DNA of 64,000 bases. Source: Candidatus Bathyarchaeia archaeon. Its GTDB lineage: Archaea > Thermoproteota > Bathyarchaeia > Bathyarchaeales > Bathycorpusculaceae. Positions 10,864 through 20,885 of the stretch are shown one piece after another (the stretch's first letter is position 1; the number at the start of each line of letters is the position of its first letter). The notes beneath the pieces are model-generated. The model made no database searches. It was not told the origin of the DNA and was given only the letters and a program-made list of their open reading frames with translations. The DNA lies in contig JBBFKZ010000001.1 of the NCBI GenBank assembly GCA_037481775.1, positions 64,001 to 128,000 on the forward strand, given 5' to 3'. Position numbers and translations under genes: made by a program.

Positions 10864-11499
10864 TCATTTTGCGCCATGTACTTGTTCAAAGCGTCTAAGA
10901 TAATTTTCAAGCGATTTCCTTCGCATTTCTTGAGTAACATCGCCACGCGTGCTCTCAATAACCTTTCTTGCAACATCACATTTTCTTCTAAGCCCAGGCA
11001 CAAGCATATAAGCTTCATCCATAGCCATCAATTCAACATAGATCTCATCCATAATTTTCAAACACTCTTCACTCTTCTCGACATCACCTTCACGCAATGC
11101 ATCCAAAGTTAAGCGCCTATACTCACCTATAACATCAGCCAAACCCAACACGTAATCGGCGGGCGGCACATTGAGCTCCTTGGGAGTAACAAACCGCGAG
11201 TTTTGAATTAGCTCTAAAAATATGTTAGCTTCTGCATACTCTTGAAGCGTAGCGCTAAACATGCCACTGTAGATGATGTCAGGATACTCATCAGCTAAAG
11301 CATAAAGTTTGAAAATTATTTCCTTCGCACTTGCGATTAGTTTTTTTGCGTCACCATACTTTTTTTGATGAATAAAAAGTATAGCCTGCTTAGAAAAACT
11401 ACTTGCTTTACGCATGTTTTGTTGTGCATTACCTTGCACTTCGTTTCTTTGAATAAGTTCTGTTTCCACTTCACGTAAAATAACTCGTAACTCTTCCAA
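10864..11499 (-). CDS. Translin/C3PO family protein
   Basis: QEYAEA, DYVLGLADVIGEYRR, LRRKCD. Confidence 0.85.
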   Translation of the reverse strand: MEELRVILREVETELIQRNEVQGNAQQNMRKASSFSKQAILFIHQKKYGDAKKLIASAKEIIFKLYALADEYPDIIYSGMFSATLQEYAEANIFLELIQNSRFVTPKELNVPPADYVLGLADVIGEYRRLTLDALREGDVEKSEECLKIMDEIYVELMAMDEAYMLVPGLRRKCDVARKVIESTRGDVTQEMRRKSLENYLRRFEQVHGAK

Positions 11500-11586
11500 A
11501 CTTTCACCACCTTAAAAACTACTATTGTGGCTATTTAAGCTATTTATGACTCTAAAAAATGGGAGATAAAAGAAATCGTGGAAAGT

Positions 11587-11787
11587 CTAAGTTTGAGTCT
11601 GTTCAGGAGCTTCCCATTTTTGAATAAGAAGTTTATCATCACCTATCCTAAAGCTTACTTTAACAAATATTGAATCTGAACCTTTAAAGGGGAACATGCT
11701 GTCTTCCGCCAGGTCTTTTGGTAGATAAATCAAGTATTTACCGTCCTTTCTCCTGAAAAGTCTCCCTCTTCCCGAACTAACCATCAT
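11587..11787 (-). CDS. Small AbrB-like (swapped-hairpin) protein
   Basis: GKYLIYLPKDLAE...VKVSF...KLLI pattern; GGTGGTGA RBS and TATA-like element upstream. Confidence 0.55.
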   Translation of the reverse strand: MMVSSGRGRLFRRKDGKYLIYLPKDLAEDSMFPFKGSDSIFVKVSFRIGDDKLLIQKWEAPEQTQT

Positions 11788-11938
11788 TCACCACCATTTA
11801 AACTAAATTTTTAATACAAAACTAGGGCGGTCAAGTACATATTTAAGCCTATCCACACGTTGCTTCCATAGGCAAATTATTAATCTTACCAGATATAACT
11901 AAAAAATTGAATCACTTGCCATTCAATTTTAAATTCTG

Positions 11939-12901
11939 TTAAAGAAATCCAAAACGAATAGGTTTTTCAAGTTTGCTTAACAGCACCACCCGACTTTCGA
12001 TAGCTTCATCTATAATTTTATATCCTGTTTTCTCTGCCAAAAGCGTCCCAAAATTGTAAACATCCTTGTGCTTAGGCATATGCTCGTAACTTAAACGGAG
12101 ATTTGAAAAACCAATGTGCATATACGCCTTGACTTCAACGTATGTCGGATTGGCTTTTTTTACAAGTTCGGCGTACTCCTCAACAGCCGTCATATTAAGA
12201 CCATTAACCAGTGTCATTCGAATTACGGTCGGGCATCTGAAACTCGCCAATAAACTGAGGGACTCATTTAATCTTGCCCAAGCATCAGAGAAATGGGGGC
12301 GGCAAACCTGCTTAAACACCTTTTCGTTTGGAGCGCAAACAGATATGTAAAGTTGAGTTGGCTCTTCGCTTAAATTCGCAAGTTTAGCAGGCATAGTGCC
12401 ATTAGATACAAGGAAAGTGGTAAATCCTTTGTTATGAAAAAGGTGAATAAGCTCGCCTATAGGATCATAAAGTGTTGGCTCGCCTGTCAAGCTTATGGCA
12501 ACATGCCGAGGAGAGAAGGCTTCCATGAGTTTCTTCCAGTTTGTGTTTGCGTTACCCTTGTACCCGCTTAAAAGTTTAGCTTGGATCTTCAAGCTCCCTT
12601 GAAAAATTTCTTCAGGCGAATCCCAATTGGGCAGGCGCATCTCGTCCCATTTGATTTTCAAGTCTCCACTCTGTGCCCGCCAACAAAATAGACATTGCTG
12701 TGTGCAGTAAAAAAGAGAAGGCGTCATTTGAATGCATTGATGCGACTTTATTCCATAAAACTTCTGCTTGTAGCAAGCTCTATCATGAACCAATGTCTCG
12801 TATAGCCATTTGCACCTCTTAACTGCTGAATGCTTACCTATAAGATGATACTTTTGTTTTTTCAACGCTTGCAGTAACGTTGAGGGAACTAAAGTCTCCA
12901 A
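11939..12901 (-). CDS. taw1: 4-demethylwyosine synthase Tyw1 (radical SAM)
   Basis: HSAVKRCKW, CYKQKFYGIKSHQC, CxxxCxxCWR, SLTGEPT. Confidence 0.93.
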   Translation of the reverse strand: METLVPSTLLQALKKQKYHLIGKHSAVKRCKWLYETLVHDRACYKQKFYGIKSHQCIQMTPSLFYCTQQCLFCWRAQSGDLKIKWDEMRLPNWDSPEEIFQGSLKIQAKLLSGYKGNANTNWKKLMEAFSPRHVAISLTGEPTLYDPIGELIHLFHNKGFTTFLVSNGTMPAKLANLSEEPTQLYISVCAPNEKVFKQVCRPHFSDAWARLNESLSLLASFRCPTVIRMTLVNGLNMTAVEEYAELVKKANPTYVEVKAYMHIGFSNLRLSYEHMPKHKDVYNFGTLLAEKTGYKIIDEAIESRVVLLSKLEKPIRFGFL

Positions 12902-13143
12902 GATTTTTCACCGACTCAGCTCGATTGTTTATAAATATAACTATTAAAAACTATTTTATAAAATACTCTTCAACAAAGTAATAATAACATAATAGATTAA
13001 TCAGAGTCCTACCAGCCATAGCTATAAAAGATTATTGCTAAAAGGGTTATTCACTTGAAAGGCAAAGTTTAAAGCGCTCTCTTAATAGTAAATGTTCAAC
13101 CGTTATAAGGAAAACCACCAAACGTACAGAGGAGCAGTTTGAT

Positions 13144-15216
13144 TTGAAGAAAAGGATTGCCATATCTACAGTCCTAATCTTAATGGTTACAAGCTTTCTC
13201 TTACCATCGCTTCCATTAGTTCAGGGACAAGGCGGTGTGAATATTTACTTAGTCAGCCCTCAAGGGCAAGGTGTCGTAGCCCAAAACGTTAACCTACAAG
13301 GCACCATTGATACAAGCGATGGGAAATACGAAATTTGGTTTGGCGACAAACTTGTTGCCAGCAACAATTCGAAGGGATACAATGTAAACGCGAATTTCAC
13401 GATCCCAGAAATGCCAGGAGGCACTTACACAATAACGTTAAGAGATGTTGCCAAAAACGTAAACACTACACAGAACTTTAACATAATTCCCGCATATTAC
13501 ATTAAAGCAATTAAACCTCCATCACCGGTGCTTCTTCAACATGGAAACTTTGTGGTACTAAATGTTACTCTTACAGGTGGACAACCGAATACGCAATACT
13601 ATGCTAACATAACAGTAATGCTTCCAACGCCTCTCAACACTTCCTATTCAAAATTGATTACACTCACAAGCACAAGCCAAGGAACAGCCCAAGCACAGGT
13701 TACTTATCCCGCAACTGATTTCCAACCTTCAGGATCTCTCACCAATTATACAGGGGTATACCAAGTGTATTTCAATGAGACACAAAAATTGGCAACCGAT
13801 CAATTTTTCGTCGGCTTTATTAACTCAAGCGAATATCACAGAGACCAAACCATCATGATTCGTGCTGTAGGATATCAACCCAATGAAGCGGCAACAATAA
13901 CAATTACATACACAAAAACTAATAGAGAGGTACACTTTGTAGACGCATTTGCCTCAAGCGACGGCGTAATTAGCGCTACTTGGACAGTTCCACCCGAGGC
14001 GCCAATAGGTGAATACAACATAACCATAACGCCGCGCAACGCATCCAAACTTGTACTTGACTCGCAACTTTTCTCTGTACCAGGTTATCCAATCGAGTTT
14101 AAGATTTTAAACTTGGCTGGCGAGCTTGTACCTCAAATTATGGTTGAAGCAGCGGATCAAGTATCAAATGAGAAAATTAACGGCACGAGTGGAGATGAGG
14201 GAATAGCCATTCTAAACTTAGAGAAGGGCAACCATATTGTAAGTGCTTTCTGGAATGAGGTACAAGTTGGTAAGATAAACATTACTGTAACTGGCGCAAG
14301 CTCCTTTAATTTACCTTGTGAGTTGACAAATCTTAAAATAATTGTTAAAGACAAAAATGGAAATTTGTTGCCTTTCGTTAACATAGTCATAACATACCAA
14401 TATATTACAACGCAGGAAAGCCTATCAAAAACTGGTAGCGTCTCCGGACAAACAGGTCTTTCTGGCTCGTTTACTTTGAACTCCACTCTTACAGGGATAA
14501 GTTACACTATTAATGCGTCCCTCTACGGCAAGGTTTTCAACAGAGGCAACAACACCGTCAATACTCTCACAACACAACCCATTTCGCAAGTAATAATAAT
14601 ATGTCCAAGCCAAACAATCAGTTTGACAATATTCGACTACAGCAAGACCACGATTTCTAACGCCCGCATAGAAATGTTTGAAGCGACAACGGGATTATTC
14701 TATGGAGTTGCTGCCGACAACACTGGAACAGCTACTCTGGAGGCTACATTTGGCAAATACAAAACTCGAATTTATACAGATAACGTTTTGTTATATGAAA
14801 CCGTTATTGATGTCTTCAGCGACGCAAAACACGATATTTACTGCAGGCTCTGCAATATACAGTTAAAAGTGATGGTTGTTGATTATTTCGGGCAACCAAT
14901 TCCTAACGTAAATGTCCTACTTAAGAGTTTAGACAAGGGATCGTGGTCCGCGACCACACAAGAAGATGGAACTGCAACATTTAACAATATAATAGGAGGC
15001 AATATACAGATAATCATCTATCCAACCGGCTTAGAAAATGTTTATGAGGCACTAACTGATCAAATCGTTGAACCCACAACTGTACAGATTAAAATGGCAA
15101 AATATGCACGTTTAGGGCCGTTTCTATGTGAAAGCAACATATTGGCAACTTGCATCATGATCCTTGCGGTGATAATCTTGTTTGTGGTTTTAGAAGTTTA
15201 CAGAAAGAAAAAATAA
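13144..15216 (+). CDS. Secreted, C-terminally membrane-anchored beta-sandwich repeat (cell-surface) protein
   Basis: Signal peptide, many NxS/T sequons, repeated 'V.D..G.P..N..V' units, C-terminal TM followed by RKKK. Confidence 0.7.
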   Translation: MKKRIAISTVLILMVTSFLLPSLPLVQGQGGVNIYLVSPQGQGVVAQNVNLQGTIDTSDGKYEIWFGDKLVASNNSKGYNVNANFTIPEMPGGTYTITLRDVAKNVNTTQNFNIIPAYYIKAIKPPSPVLLQHGNFVVLNVTLTGGQPNTQYYANITVMLPTPLNTSYSKLITLTSTSQGTAQAQVTYPATDFQPSGSLTNYTGVYQVYFNETQKLATDQFFVGFINSSEYHRDQTIMIRAVGYQPNEAATITITYTKTNREVHFVDAFASSDGVISATWTVPPEAPIGEYNITITPRNASKLVLDSQLFSVPGYPIEFKILNLAGELVPQIMVEAADQVSNEKINGTSGDEGIAILNLEKGNHIVSAFWNEVQVGKINITVTGASSFNLPCELTNLKIIVKDKNGNLLPFVNIVITYQYITTQESLSKTGSVSGQTGLSGSFTLNSTLTGISYTINASLYGKVFNRGNNTVNTLTTQPISQVIIICPSQTISLTIFDYSKTTISNARIEMFEATTGLFYGVAADNTGTATLEATFGKYKTRIYTDNVLLYETVIDVFSDAKHDIYCRLCNIQLKVMVVDYFGQPIPNVNVLLKSLDKGSWSATTQEDGTATFNNIIGGNIQIIIYPTGLENVYEALTDQIVEPTTVQIKMAKYARLGPFLCESNILATCIMILAVIILFVVLEVYRKKK

Positions 15217-15324
15217 GCAGGGCAGTTAAAGGTAAATGCACAATCATGAATTTTGAATAAAAAAGTTTATATGGCTTTCAAAAGAGATAAAGCGCGTGTG
15301 GGTGTATAACAACATCAAATTTTT

Positions 15325-15636
15325 ATGGAAAAGATAGAGGTGTATCTTTTGACTCAAACAAAAGCGTGCTCCCCTCTATGTCAACACTTTAAATGTGCTA
15401 AAAATGCTGCGTTCTACCGCCGTGACTCTGTATGGTGCAGATGGACTGATGATGCATGCAATGTGGCAAATTGTACATATGCACTCTGCATTAAAAGACG
15501 CTTGTTGCCAAGAGGGATCTGCGGAGAAACTGTAAAACGCAAAACTGTTGAAAAAGCTCCTGAAGAAATAATAGGACATTCAATAAAGCTAAGAGGAAAA
15601 GCTCTGCGCAAGATCGGAGATAAAGAACTGTTTTAA
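15325..15636 (+). CDS. Cys-rich hypothetical protein (probable metal binder); start may be TTG 15349
   Basis: Eight Cys in about 55 aa; GAGGTG upstream of the TTG. Confidence 0.6.
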   Translation: MEKIEVYLLTQTKACSPLCQHFKCAKNAAFYRRDSVWCRWTDDACNVANCTYALCIKRRLLPRGICGETVKRKTVEKAPEEIIGHSIKLRGKALRKIGDKELF

Positions 15637-15677
15637 AGAAAGCCGCCGCAAAGCAAAAAATAATTGCGCGATTTTCT

Positions 15678-15839
15678 TTATCTTGCCTGCACGCGTTTAA
15701 CTACTGGCGGTTTTACTTTCTTCAGTATTCTATAGCCACAGACAGTGCACTTTGTTTCGCCACCGCGAAGTTCCAGTTCTTCAGAAGGCACTTTTGAACC
15801 GCATTTTAAACACTCATAAACGATTCCTGTTTTTTCCAT
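15678..15839 (-). CDS. rpoP: RNA polymerase subunit P (Rpo12)
   Basis: YECLKCG...KCTVCGYRILKKVKPPVVKRVQAR; ATG 15839. Confidence 0.92.
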   Translation of the reverse strand: MEKTGIVYECLKCGSKVPSEELELRGGETKCTVCGYRILKKVKPPVVKRVQAR

Positions 15840-15918
15840 TGAAACAACCTCTCTACAAAGGAAAAGTATTTTGCTTTTAAACGTTTCCGATGTTCTTTGA
15901 GTTAGCGAAGGGAAAAGG

Positions 15919-16767
15919 TTGAGAAAAAGATTACGGACAACTCTTGCAGAGGTTCTTTCCATTGAAGATGTAAGCAAAGTTTACAATTCCTTTGACATAA
16001 TAGGCGACATCGCCATAATCAAGCTACCTCCTAACACCTCAGAAAAAGCGCAAATTGTTGCAAAAACAATAATGCACATTCATAAGAATGTGAAAACGGT
16101 ATTATTGCAAACGAGCCCTGTGGCAGGAGACTTTAGGCTTCGCGGTTTAACACTGGTTGCCGGCGAAAACAAAACAAGCACTGTTCACAGAGAATTCGGT
16201 TGCTTGTTCGCTGTTGACGTTGCGCAAGCATATTTTTCTCCAAGACTTGCTCACGAAAGAATGCGCATAGCACATTTGGTCGAACCAAACGAAACTATAG
16301 TTAACATGTTCGCAGGCGTTGGCTGCTTCTCCATTATAATCGCCAAACATTCAAGAGCACTGAAAGTATTTTCAATAGATATTAATGCTGCGGCGTTTCA
16401 GTTCATGCAAAAGAACATTAGACTTAACCGAGTCTATGATAAGGTAATACCATTACTGGGCGATGCAAAAGAAATCGTCGATAGAAGATTGCTGCGGACT
16501 GCTGATAGAGTGCTAATGCCCTTGCCCGAAAAAGCTCTTGATTATTTGCCGTATGCTGTTTCCGCGCTCAAAGCTTCAGGAGGATGGATACATTACTATG
16601 ATCTTGAGCACGCAACCAAAACTGAACACCCAGCTGAGAAGACCAAGTCTAAGATAATTGAAAAACTTGGCGATTTAAGCGTAAATTTTGAAATACCGTT
16701 TATTCGAGTTGTGAGAAGTACTGGTCCAAACTGGTTCCAACTAGCTGCAGACATACATATTACTTAA
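15919..16767 (+). CDS. Trm5/Taw2 (Met-10+) family tRNA-modifying SAM-dependent enzyme
   Basis: FDIIGDIAI, YFSPRLAHER, MFAGVG, DRVLMPLP. Confidence 0.85.
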   Translation: MRKRLRTTLAEVLSIEDVSKVYNSFDIIGDIAIIKLPPNTSEKAQIVAKTIMHIHKNVKTVLLQTSPVAGDFRLRGLTLVAGENKTSTVHREFGCLFAVDVAQAYFSPRLAHERMRIAHLVEPNETIVNMFAGVGCFSIIIAKHSRALKVFSIDINAAAFQFMQKNIRLNRVYDKVIPLLGDAKEIVDRRLLRTADRVLMPLPEKALDYLPYAVSALKASGGWIHYYDLEHATKTEHPAEKTKSKIIEKLGDLSVNFEIPFIRVVRSTGPNWFQLAADIHIT

Positions 16768-16831
16768 CTACAAGAAGAAAAGAGAGGCTACATTCAAAAT
16801 AAACGTTTTATTGGCTCATGCTGCAAAAAGG

Positions 16832-17446
16832 TCAAATATACGCTTCTAAAAGAAAAAGAGTCTCAAAAAACGGCAAATCACGTTTCGCTAAAACCCGCGT
16901 GTGCATACGATACTGGGCAAATCGACGCATAGTTTCATTTACATCCGCTAGCGTAGATTGCATTAAGAAAACATGACCTGACTGCCTTAAATACTTCGGG
17001 ACATCGGAAATAAAACGGTCAATGATTTGCCGTCCTGTAGCACCCCCTGCCCATGCACAATTAATCCAAGAGTCACTTGTGCTGTCATCTTCTGGCAAAT
17101 AAGGAGCATTAAACAGTATCACATCAAACTTTGTTTTTTCACTTAACCATGTGAACAGGTCGCCTTGCACAATAGTGATTTTACTACGCACATTGTTGAC
17201 CTTTGAGTTATACTTTGCACAACGCACAGCATGTGGGTTTACGTCAACGGCAACAACATCTTGCGCCTTCTCAGCAGCCAATATCCCGAGGATGCCGCAA
17301 CCAGTTCCCATGTCCAACACGCGTTCGCCAGATTGTACCTTAAGGTTTTCGGCGAAAAGAAAGGAGTCTTCAGCGGGTTCGTATACATTTTCATCAACAA
17401 AAAACACGTAATTGTCGAAATAAACGCGTTTAGTTGGTAAGGGCAT
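16832..17446 (-). CDS. HemK2/PrmC-like methyltransferase
   Basis: VYEPAEDS, LDMGTGCG, FNAPY, WAGG. Confidence 0.88.
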   Translation of the reverse strand: MPLPTKRVYFDNYVFFVDENVYEPAEDSFLFAENLKVQSGERVLDMGTGCGILGILAAEKAQDVVAVDVNPHAVRCAKYNSKVNNVRSKITIVQGDLFTWLSEKTKFDVILFNAPYLPEDDSTSDSWINCAWAGGATGRQIIDRFISDVPKYLRQSGHVFLMQSTLADVNETMRRFAQYRMHTRVLAKRDLPFFETLFLLEAYI

Positions 17447-18248
17447 TTGCTAAAGCTCCAAAAACTTCAGGTGGCAGTTTCCTCACACGTTGCTGACTTA
17501 ACGGTAAAGAAATAGCCAAATTTTCGGCGTCTTTGCTGATTTTTAAAGTGCTCGCAATGAAAGATACAAGTGCATTGCGAAGTTTCTTATTACGTTGCGT
17601 AAAAAGATACTTGACCATTCGCCTAAAAAATTCTTTATTCTTTACTTCGAAAGGCGCGATGCTCCAGGGGGCTAATCGCACTATTACTGAATCGACTTCT
17701 GGTGGAGGATAGAATAGCGAGTTAGGAACAACGTCAAAAAGCTCAACTTTCGCGCTGTGATAAGTTATAACCGTTAACCATCCGTAATCTTCACTTCCTA
17801 CAGCAGCTACAAGGCGCCGAGCAAAATCTTTCTGCAAAATTAAAACTGCACATTCGATTTTCTGTTCAAGCAACCATGTCAACAAGCGTGAAGACAGATA
17901 ATACGGTGGAATTGAAACCACCTTGTTAAACTCGGGTAACTTTGCCCGTAAAACATCATCTCTAACTATGGTCACATTATTAATGCCTTTGAGTTGTTCA
18001 CGTAATACTTCAGCAATGCGTGGATCTTTCTCGACAGCTATTACGGCTTTACACTTATTAGCTAAAAAGCGCGTTAGAAAACCAAACCCCGCGCCAGCGT
18101 CCAGCACAACATCAGTTTTATTAAGCGAAGCATAATCGCTCAACGATGGAAAAATCGAAGCATTAATCATAAAGTTTTGCCCCAAAAGCTTATTCGGAAC
18201 AATTCGATATTTTCGAAGCAAACGCTTCGTTTCCGAAATGCTCATCAT
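17430..18248 (-). CDS. rsmA: 16S rRNA dimethyltransferase KsgA/Dim1
   Basis: LGQNF, GAGFGFLT, IPPY, FYPPPEVDS. Confidence 0.92.
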   Translation of the reverse strand: MMSISETKRLLRKYRIVPNKLLGQNFMINASIFPSLSDYASLNKTDVVLDAGAGFGFLTRFLANKCKAVIAVEKDPRIAEVLREQLKGINNVTIVRDDVLRAKLPEFNKVVSIPPYYLSSRLLTWLLEQKIECAVLILQKDFARRLVAAVGSEDYGWLTVITYHSAKVELFDVVPNSLFYPPPEVDSVIVRLAPWSIAPFEVKNKEFFRRMVKYLFTQRNKKLRNALVSFIASTLKISKDAENLAISLPLSQQRVRKLPPEVFGALANALTN

Positions 18249-18255
18249 TTACGCC

Positions 18256-18840
18256 TTACTGCGCCCGCGTGAACAAACGATACTTGCTTTGACCTTCAAG
18301 TTCCTCCATAACCCGCTTCGCTATAAGCTTCACAGGATTAGGCAACTCGGTTCGCTTCTGCAAGTCCTCAAAGCTTTCGAAAGGTCGCTTTTCCCGTTCA
18401 TTAATGACTTGCCACATGTACTTCTTGCCGATGCCTGGAACCAACTCCAACGCATGCATGCGAGGCGTAATTGCACGTGCAGTATTAAAAAAGTTCACAA
18501 ACCACTGTTCACGATTCAACACTATCCGAGTTATAACGCTTGGAAGTTCTGCCTTTGCAGCAGCCGTCAACTCGTCAAAGCCAATACGCCCAATAATATA
18601 CGTAACTTCCTCACGTGCATCCTTGCCTACGTATACACGGTCATTGGGCTTTAGCACCAATCCTTCCTTCACCAGAGCCTCTAGTAAAGTGAAAAACTCC
18701 TCACCTATGCATTGAATTAGGGCTCCCGCTCGATAGCCTGCCCTGCCTGCTGGGCGGAAACCTGGACGCCCATGCGGCAAGAAGTCTAACACGTAAGCGT
18801 ACTCTTCGTATCGCTTCTCCATACTAGTCACTAAGTCCAA
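18256..18840 (-). CDS. DUF655 family putative RNA-binding protein
   Basis: EEYAYVLDFL, FTLLE, RMHALELVPGIGKK; usual position after rpoF. Confidence 0.88.
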   Translation of the reverse strand: MDLVTSMEKRYEEYAYVLDFLPHGRPGFRPAGRAGYRAGALIQCIGEEFFTLLEALVKEGLVLKPNDRVYVGKDAREEVTYIIGRIGFDELTAAAKAELPSVITRIVLNREQWFVNFFNTARAITPRMHALELVPGIGKKYMWQVINEREKRPFESFEDLQKRTELPNPVKLIAKRVMEELEGQSKYRLFTRAQ

Positions 18841-18879
18841 TTCTTTATTGGCTGTTACTGCTTAAAAATTCTTAGTCGA

Positions 18880-19230
18880 TTAAGAAGCTTTAACAGTTCT
18901 GCTGTCATTTAAAAGCGCTATAATTGCTTCCAACTTGGCTGTTTCAATTATCTTGCGACCGCCAGCCAAAAAAATTCGCAGTTCGTCTACAGTCTCGGGC
19001 ATACAATTCACAATTTGAACTGCTTCATCCTCCTCAAGACCAAACTCCGTCACAAACTTTTTCAAAAGTTTCTCCGCTGTCTCAGCGTCAACTTTAGAAA
19101 ACTTGTTCACATAATCCAAAGTGCGCCTTTGGAACTGATCCAGATTCTCCTCTCCGATTGCTTCCAAGAGCTTCTTAACCTGCGGTAACGTGAGTTTATT
19201 TTCGGTTAATTCATTCTTTCCCATATTCAA
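18880..19230 (-). CDS. rpoF: RNA polymerase subunit F (Rpo4)
   Basis: QRRTLDYVNKFSK, AVQIVNCMPETVDELR; between rpl21e and DUF655. Confidence 0.9.
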   Translation of the reverse strand: MNMGKNELTENKLTLPQVKKLLEAIGEENLDQFQRRTLDYVNKFSKVDAETAEKLLKKFVTEFGLEEDEAVQIVNCMPETVDELRIFLAGGRKIIETAKLEAIIALLNDSRTVKAS

Positions 19231-19535
19231 CTACCTGTGTATGGCTCTAAATGTTCAGAACGAACAACTATCTCCTTCACTGCGTCCCCACTGGGTACGC
19301 TCACTACATACCCACGTCTGCGCCGCTCTATTACGGTACCAATTTTGCCGTGAAAACGTTTATGAGGCATACCTTTCTGAACACTTGAATCCATCTTGAT
19401 AATAACCTTGGATCCAGGCTCGTATTTAGTCAACAGTTTAATAAGCTTCGGTTTACCCTTCTCACGTGGCTTCTTTTTCAGAATACCACGCGCTCCAGTG
19501 TGATAACCTTTTGAACCACGCATATTACTTTTCAC
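19227..19535 (-). CDS. rpl21e: 50S ribosomal protein L21e
   Basis: VQKGMPHKRFHGKIG, VRSEHL. Confidence 0.93.
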   Translation of the reverse strand: MKSNMRGSKGYHTGARGILKKKPREKGKPKLIKLLTKYEPGSKVIIKMDSSVQKGMPHKRFHGKIGTVIERRRRGYVVSVPSGDAVKEIVVRSEHLEPYTGS

Positions 19536-20875
19536 CTTGCACAGTCATTTATGATAACGTTTAAAACGTCAAGCTTTAGAGGCTTCGCTTTATTTCCAAG
19601 CAGATCTGAAACGTTGGGCATTGTTCTTCCATCATCTCCAGATACCAATTCTTTAACATAGAGACCGCCTTGGCAACGAATTTCCATTAAAGCCCTCCTA
19701 AGCGACACCTTCTTAACTTTAACCTTATATATGTACTTTTCTCGGGTCAGATCCGCTCTCCTATGCAAAACACGCAAAGGCGTCTGTTGCTTAACCATAG
19801 CACCACTAAGCTTTTCCTCCAAAAGGCGTAAGGCATCTTCGGAAACCTCATTCTCAAATTCGATAAGCACACGATATTCTTTCTGCGCTAATTCTGCCTT
19901 CTTTAATCGCCTAACAACTTCTTTGCTGGTAAAACGTAAATTGGAAACCTCCACCTTTCCATTAGCATGCATGTTAACAGCGGTTTCAAGTGCTTTTAGA
20001 TCTAAAAAACGTTTTTTAGGCTTTAAAATTTCAATTACAAACGGTCGCCCCTTACCCAACATCCTAGCGTCAACATCCTCTCTCCCCGATGCATGAAATG
20101 CTGTGTTCTCACCTTCTGTCGCTTCCAAAAATTGCTTGGAAATAAGTTCCTCCACTGATTCAGAATACATCTTGCCTGTTCCATCGCATTTTTTGCAACC
20201 TTTCCCGTGGCAACTTGAACAGAACCATTTTGACTGAGGAATATTCCTGACAAGTTTCCTATATCTACCAGCAATAAAAAGCGAGTTAACCTGAAGCTTA
20301 ACTTGCTCAGTGAAAGGGTTAATTATTACAACTATGTCAGGTCGCTTATAATCTACCTCTTTGCCTGTTAGCGCAGAGATGCCTTTTCCTAACAATCGTC
20401 CAAACTCGTGTTTAATACTTTCACCGTAACTCACGCTGAATTTGGCTTTAAACTCGTCTTCACGCTCTTCAATAGCAATAGGCAATTCTACTCCAACCAA
20501 AAAAGTGGAATATTCATAGTCTATAATGGCTTGAAGAGCCTTTTTAATCAAACTTTCCAGAAGCTGAAACTTGCCTTCACATAGGAAACACATTTTTGCT
20601 TGCTCTTTTTTGGGGATTCTTCTTTTAAGATGCTGTAATGTTTCTTGTGCTTGCCGAGAAAAGCCGTTGCTCACAAGAATTTTTAGCCTCTTAATGCCCT
20701 CATGGTTCTTTGCCATGACGAGAGCGCTAGCTTGCATGGTTAATCCGAGTTTTAACGCGCTACCCCTATCTTTATTTTCTATGTTGTAACCAAGTAGCGC
20801 GAACTGGCGACCAAGGCAGTTGTCGCATAGAGGATACTTACTAAGCATTGTCAGTGCTTTTTCTAAAACATCCAT
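19532..20875 (-). CDS. pus10: tRNA pseudouridine(54/55) synthase Pus10
   Basis: GRYRKLVRNIPQ, HASGREDVDARMLG, GGLYVKEL. Confidence 0.95.
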   Translation of the reverse strand: MDVLEKALTMLSKYPLCDNCLGRQFALLGYNIENKDRGSALKLGLTMQASALVMAKNHEGIKRLKILVSNGFSRQAQETLQHLKRRIPKKEQAKMCFLCEGKFQLLESLIKKALQAIIDYEYSTFLVGVELPIAIEEREDEFKAKFSVSYGESIKHEFGRLLGKGISALTGKEVDYKRPDIVVIINPFTEQVKLQVNSLFIAGRYRKLVRNIPQSKWFCSSCHGKGCKKCDGTGKMYSESVEELISKQFLEATEGENTAFHASGREDVDARMLGKGRPFVIEILKPKKRFLDLKALETAVNMHANGKVEVSNLRFTSKEVVRRLKKAELAQKEYRVLIEFENEVSEDALRLLEEKLSGAMVKQQTPLRVLHRRADLTREKYIYKVKVKKVSLRRALMEIRCQGGLYVKELVSGDDGRTMPNVSDLLGNKAKPLKLDVLNVIINDCAR

Positions 20876-20885
20876 TACAAAGAGC

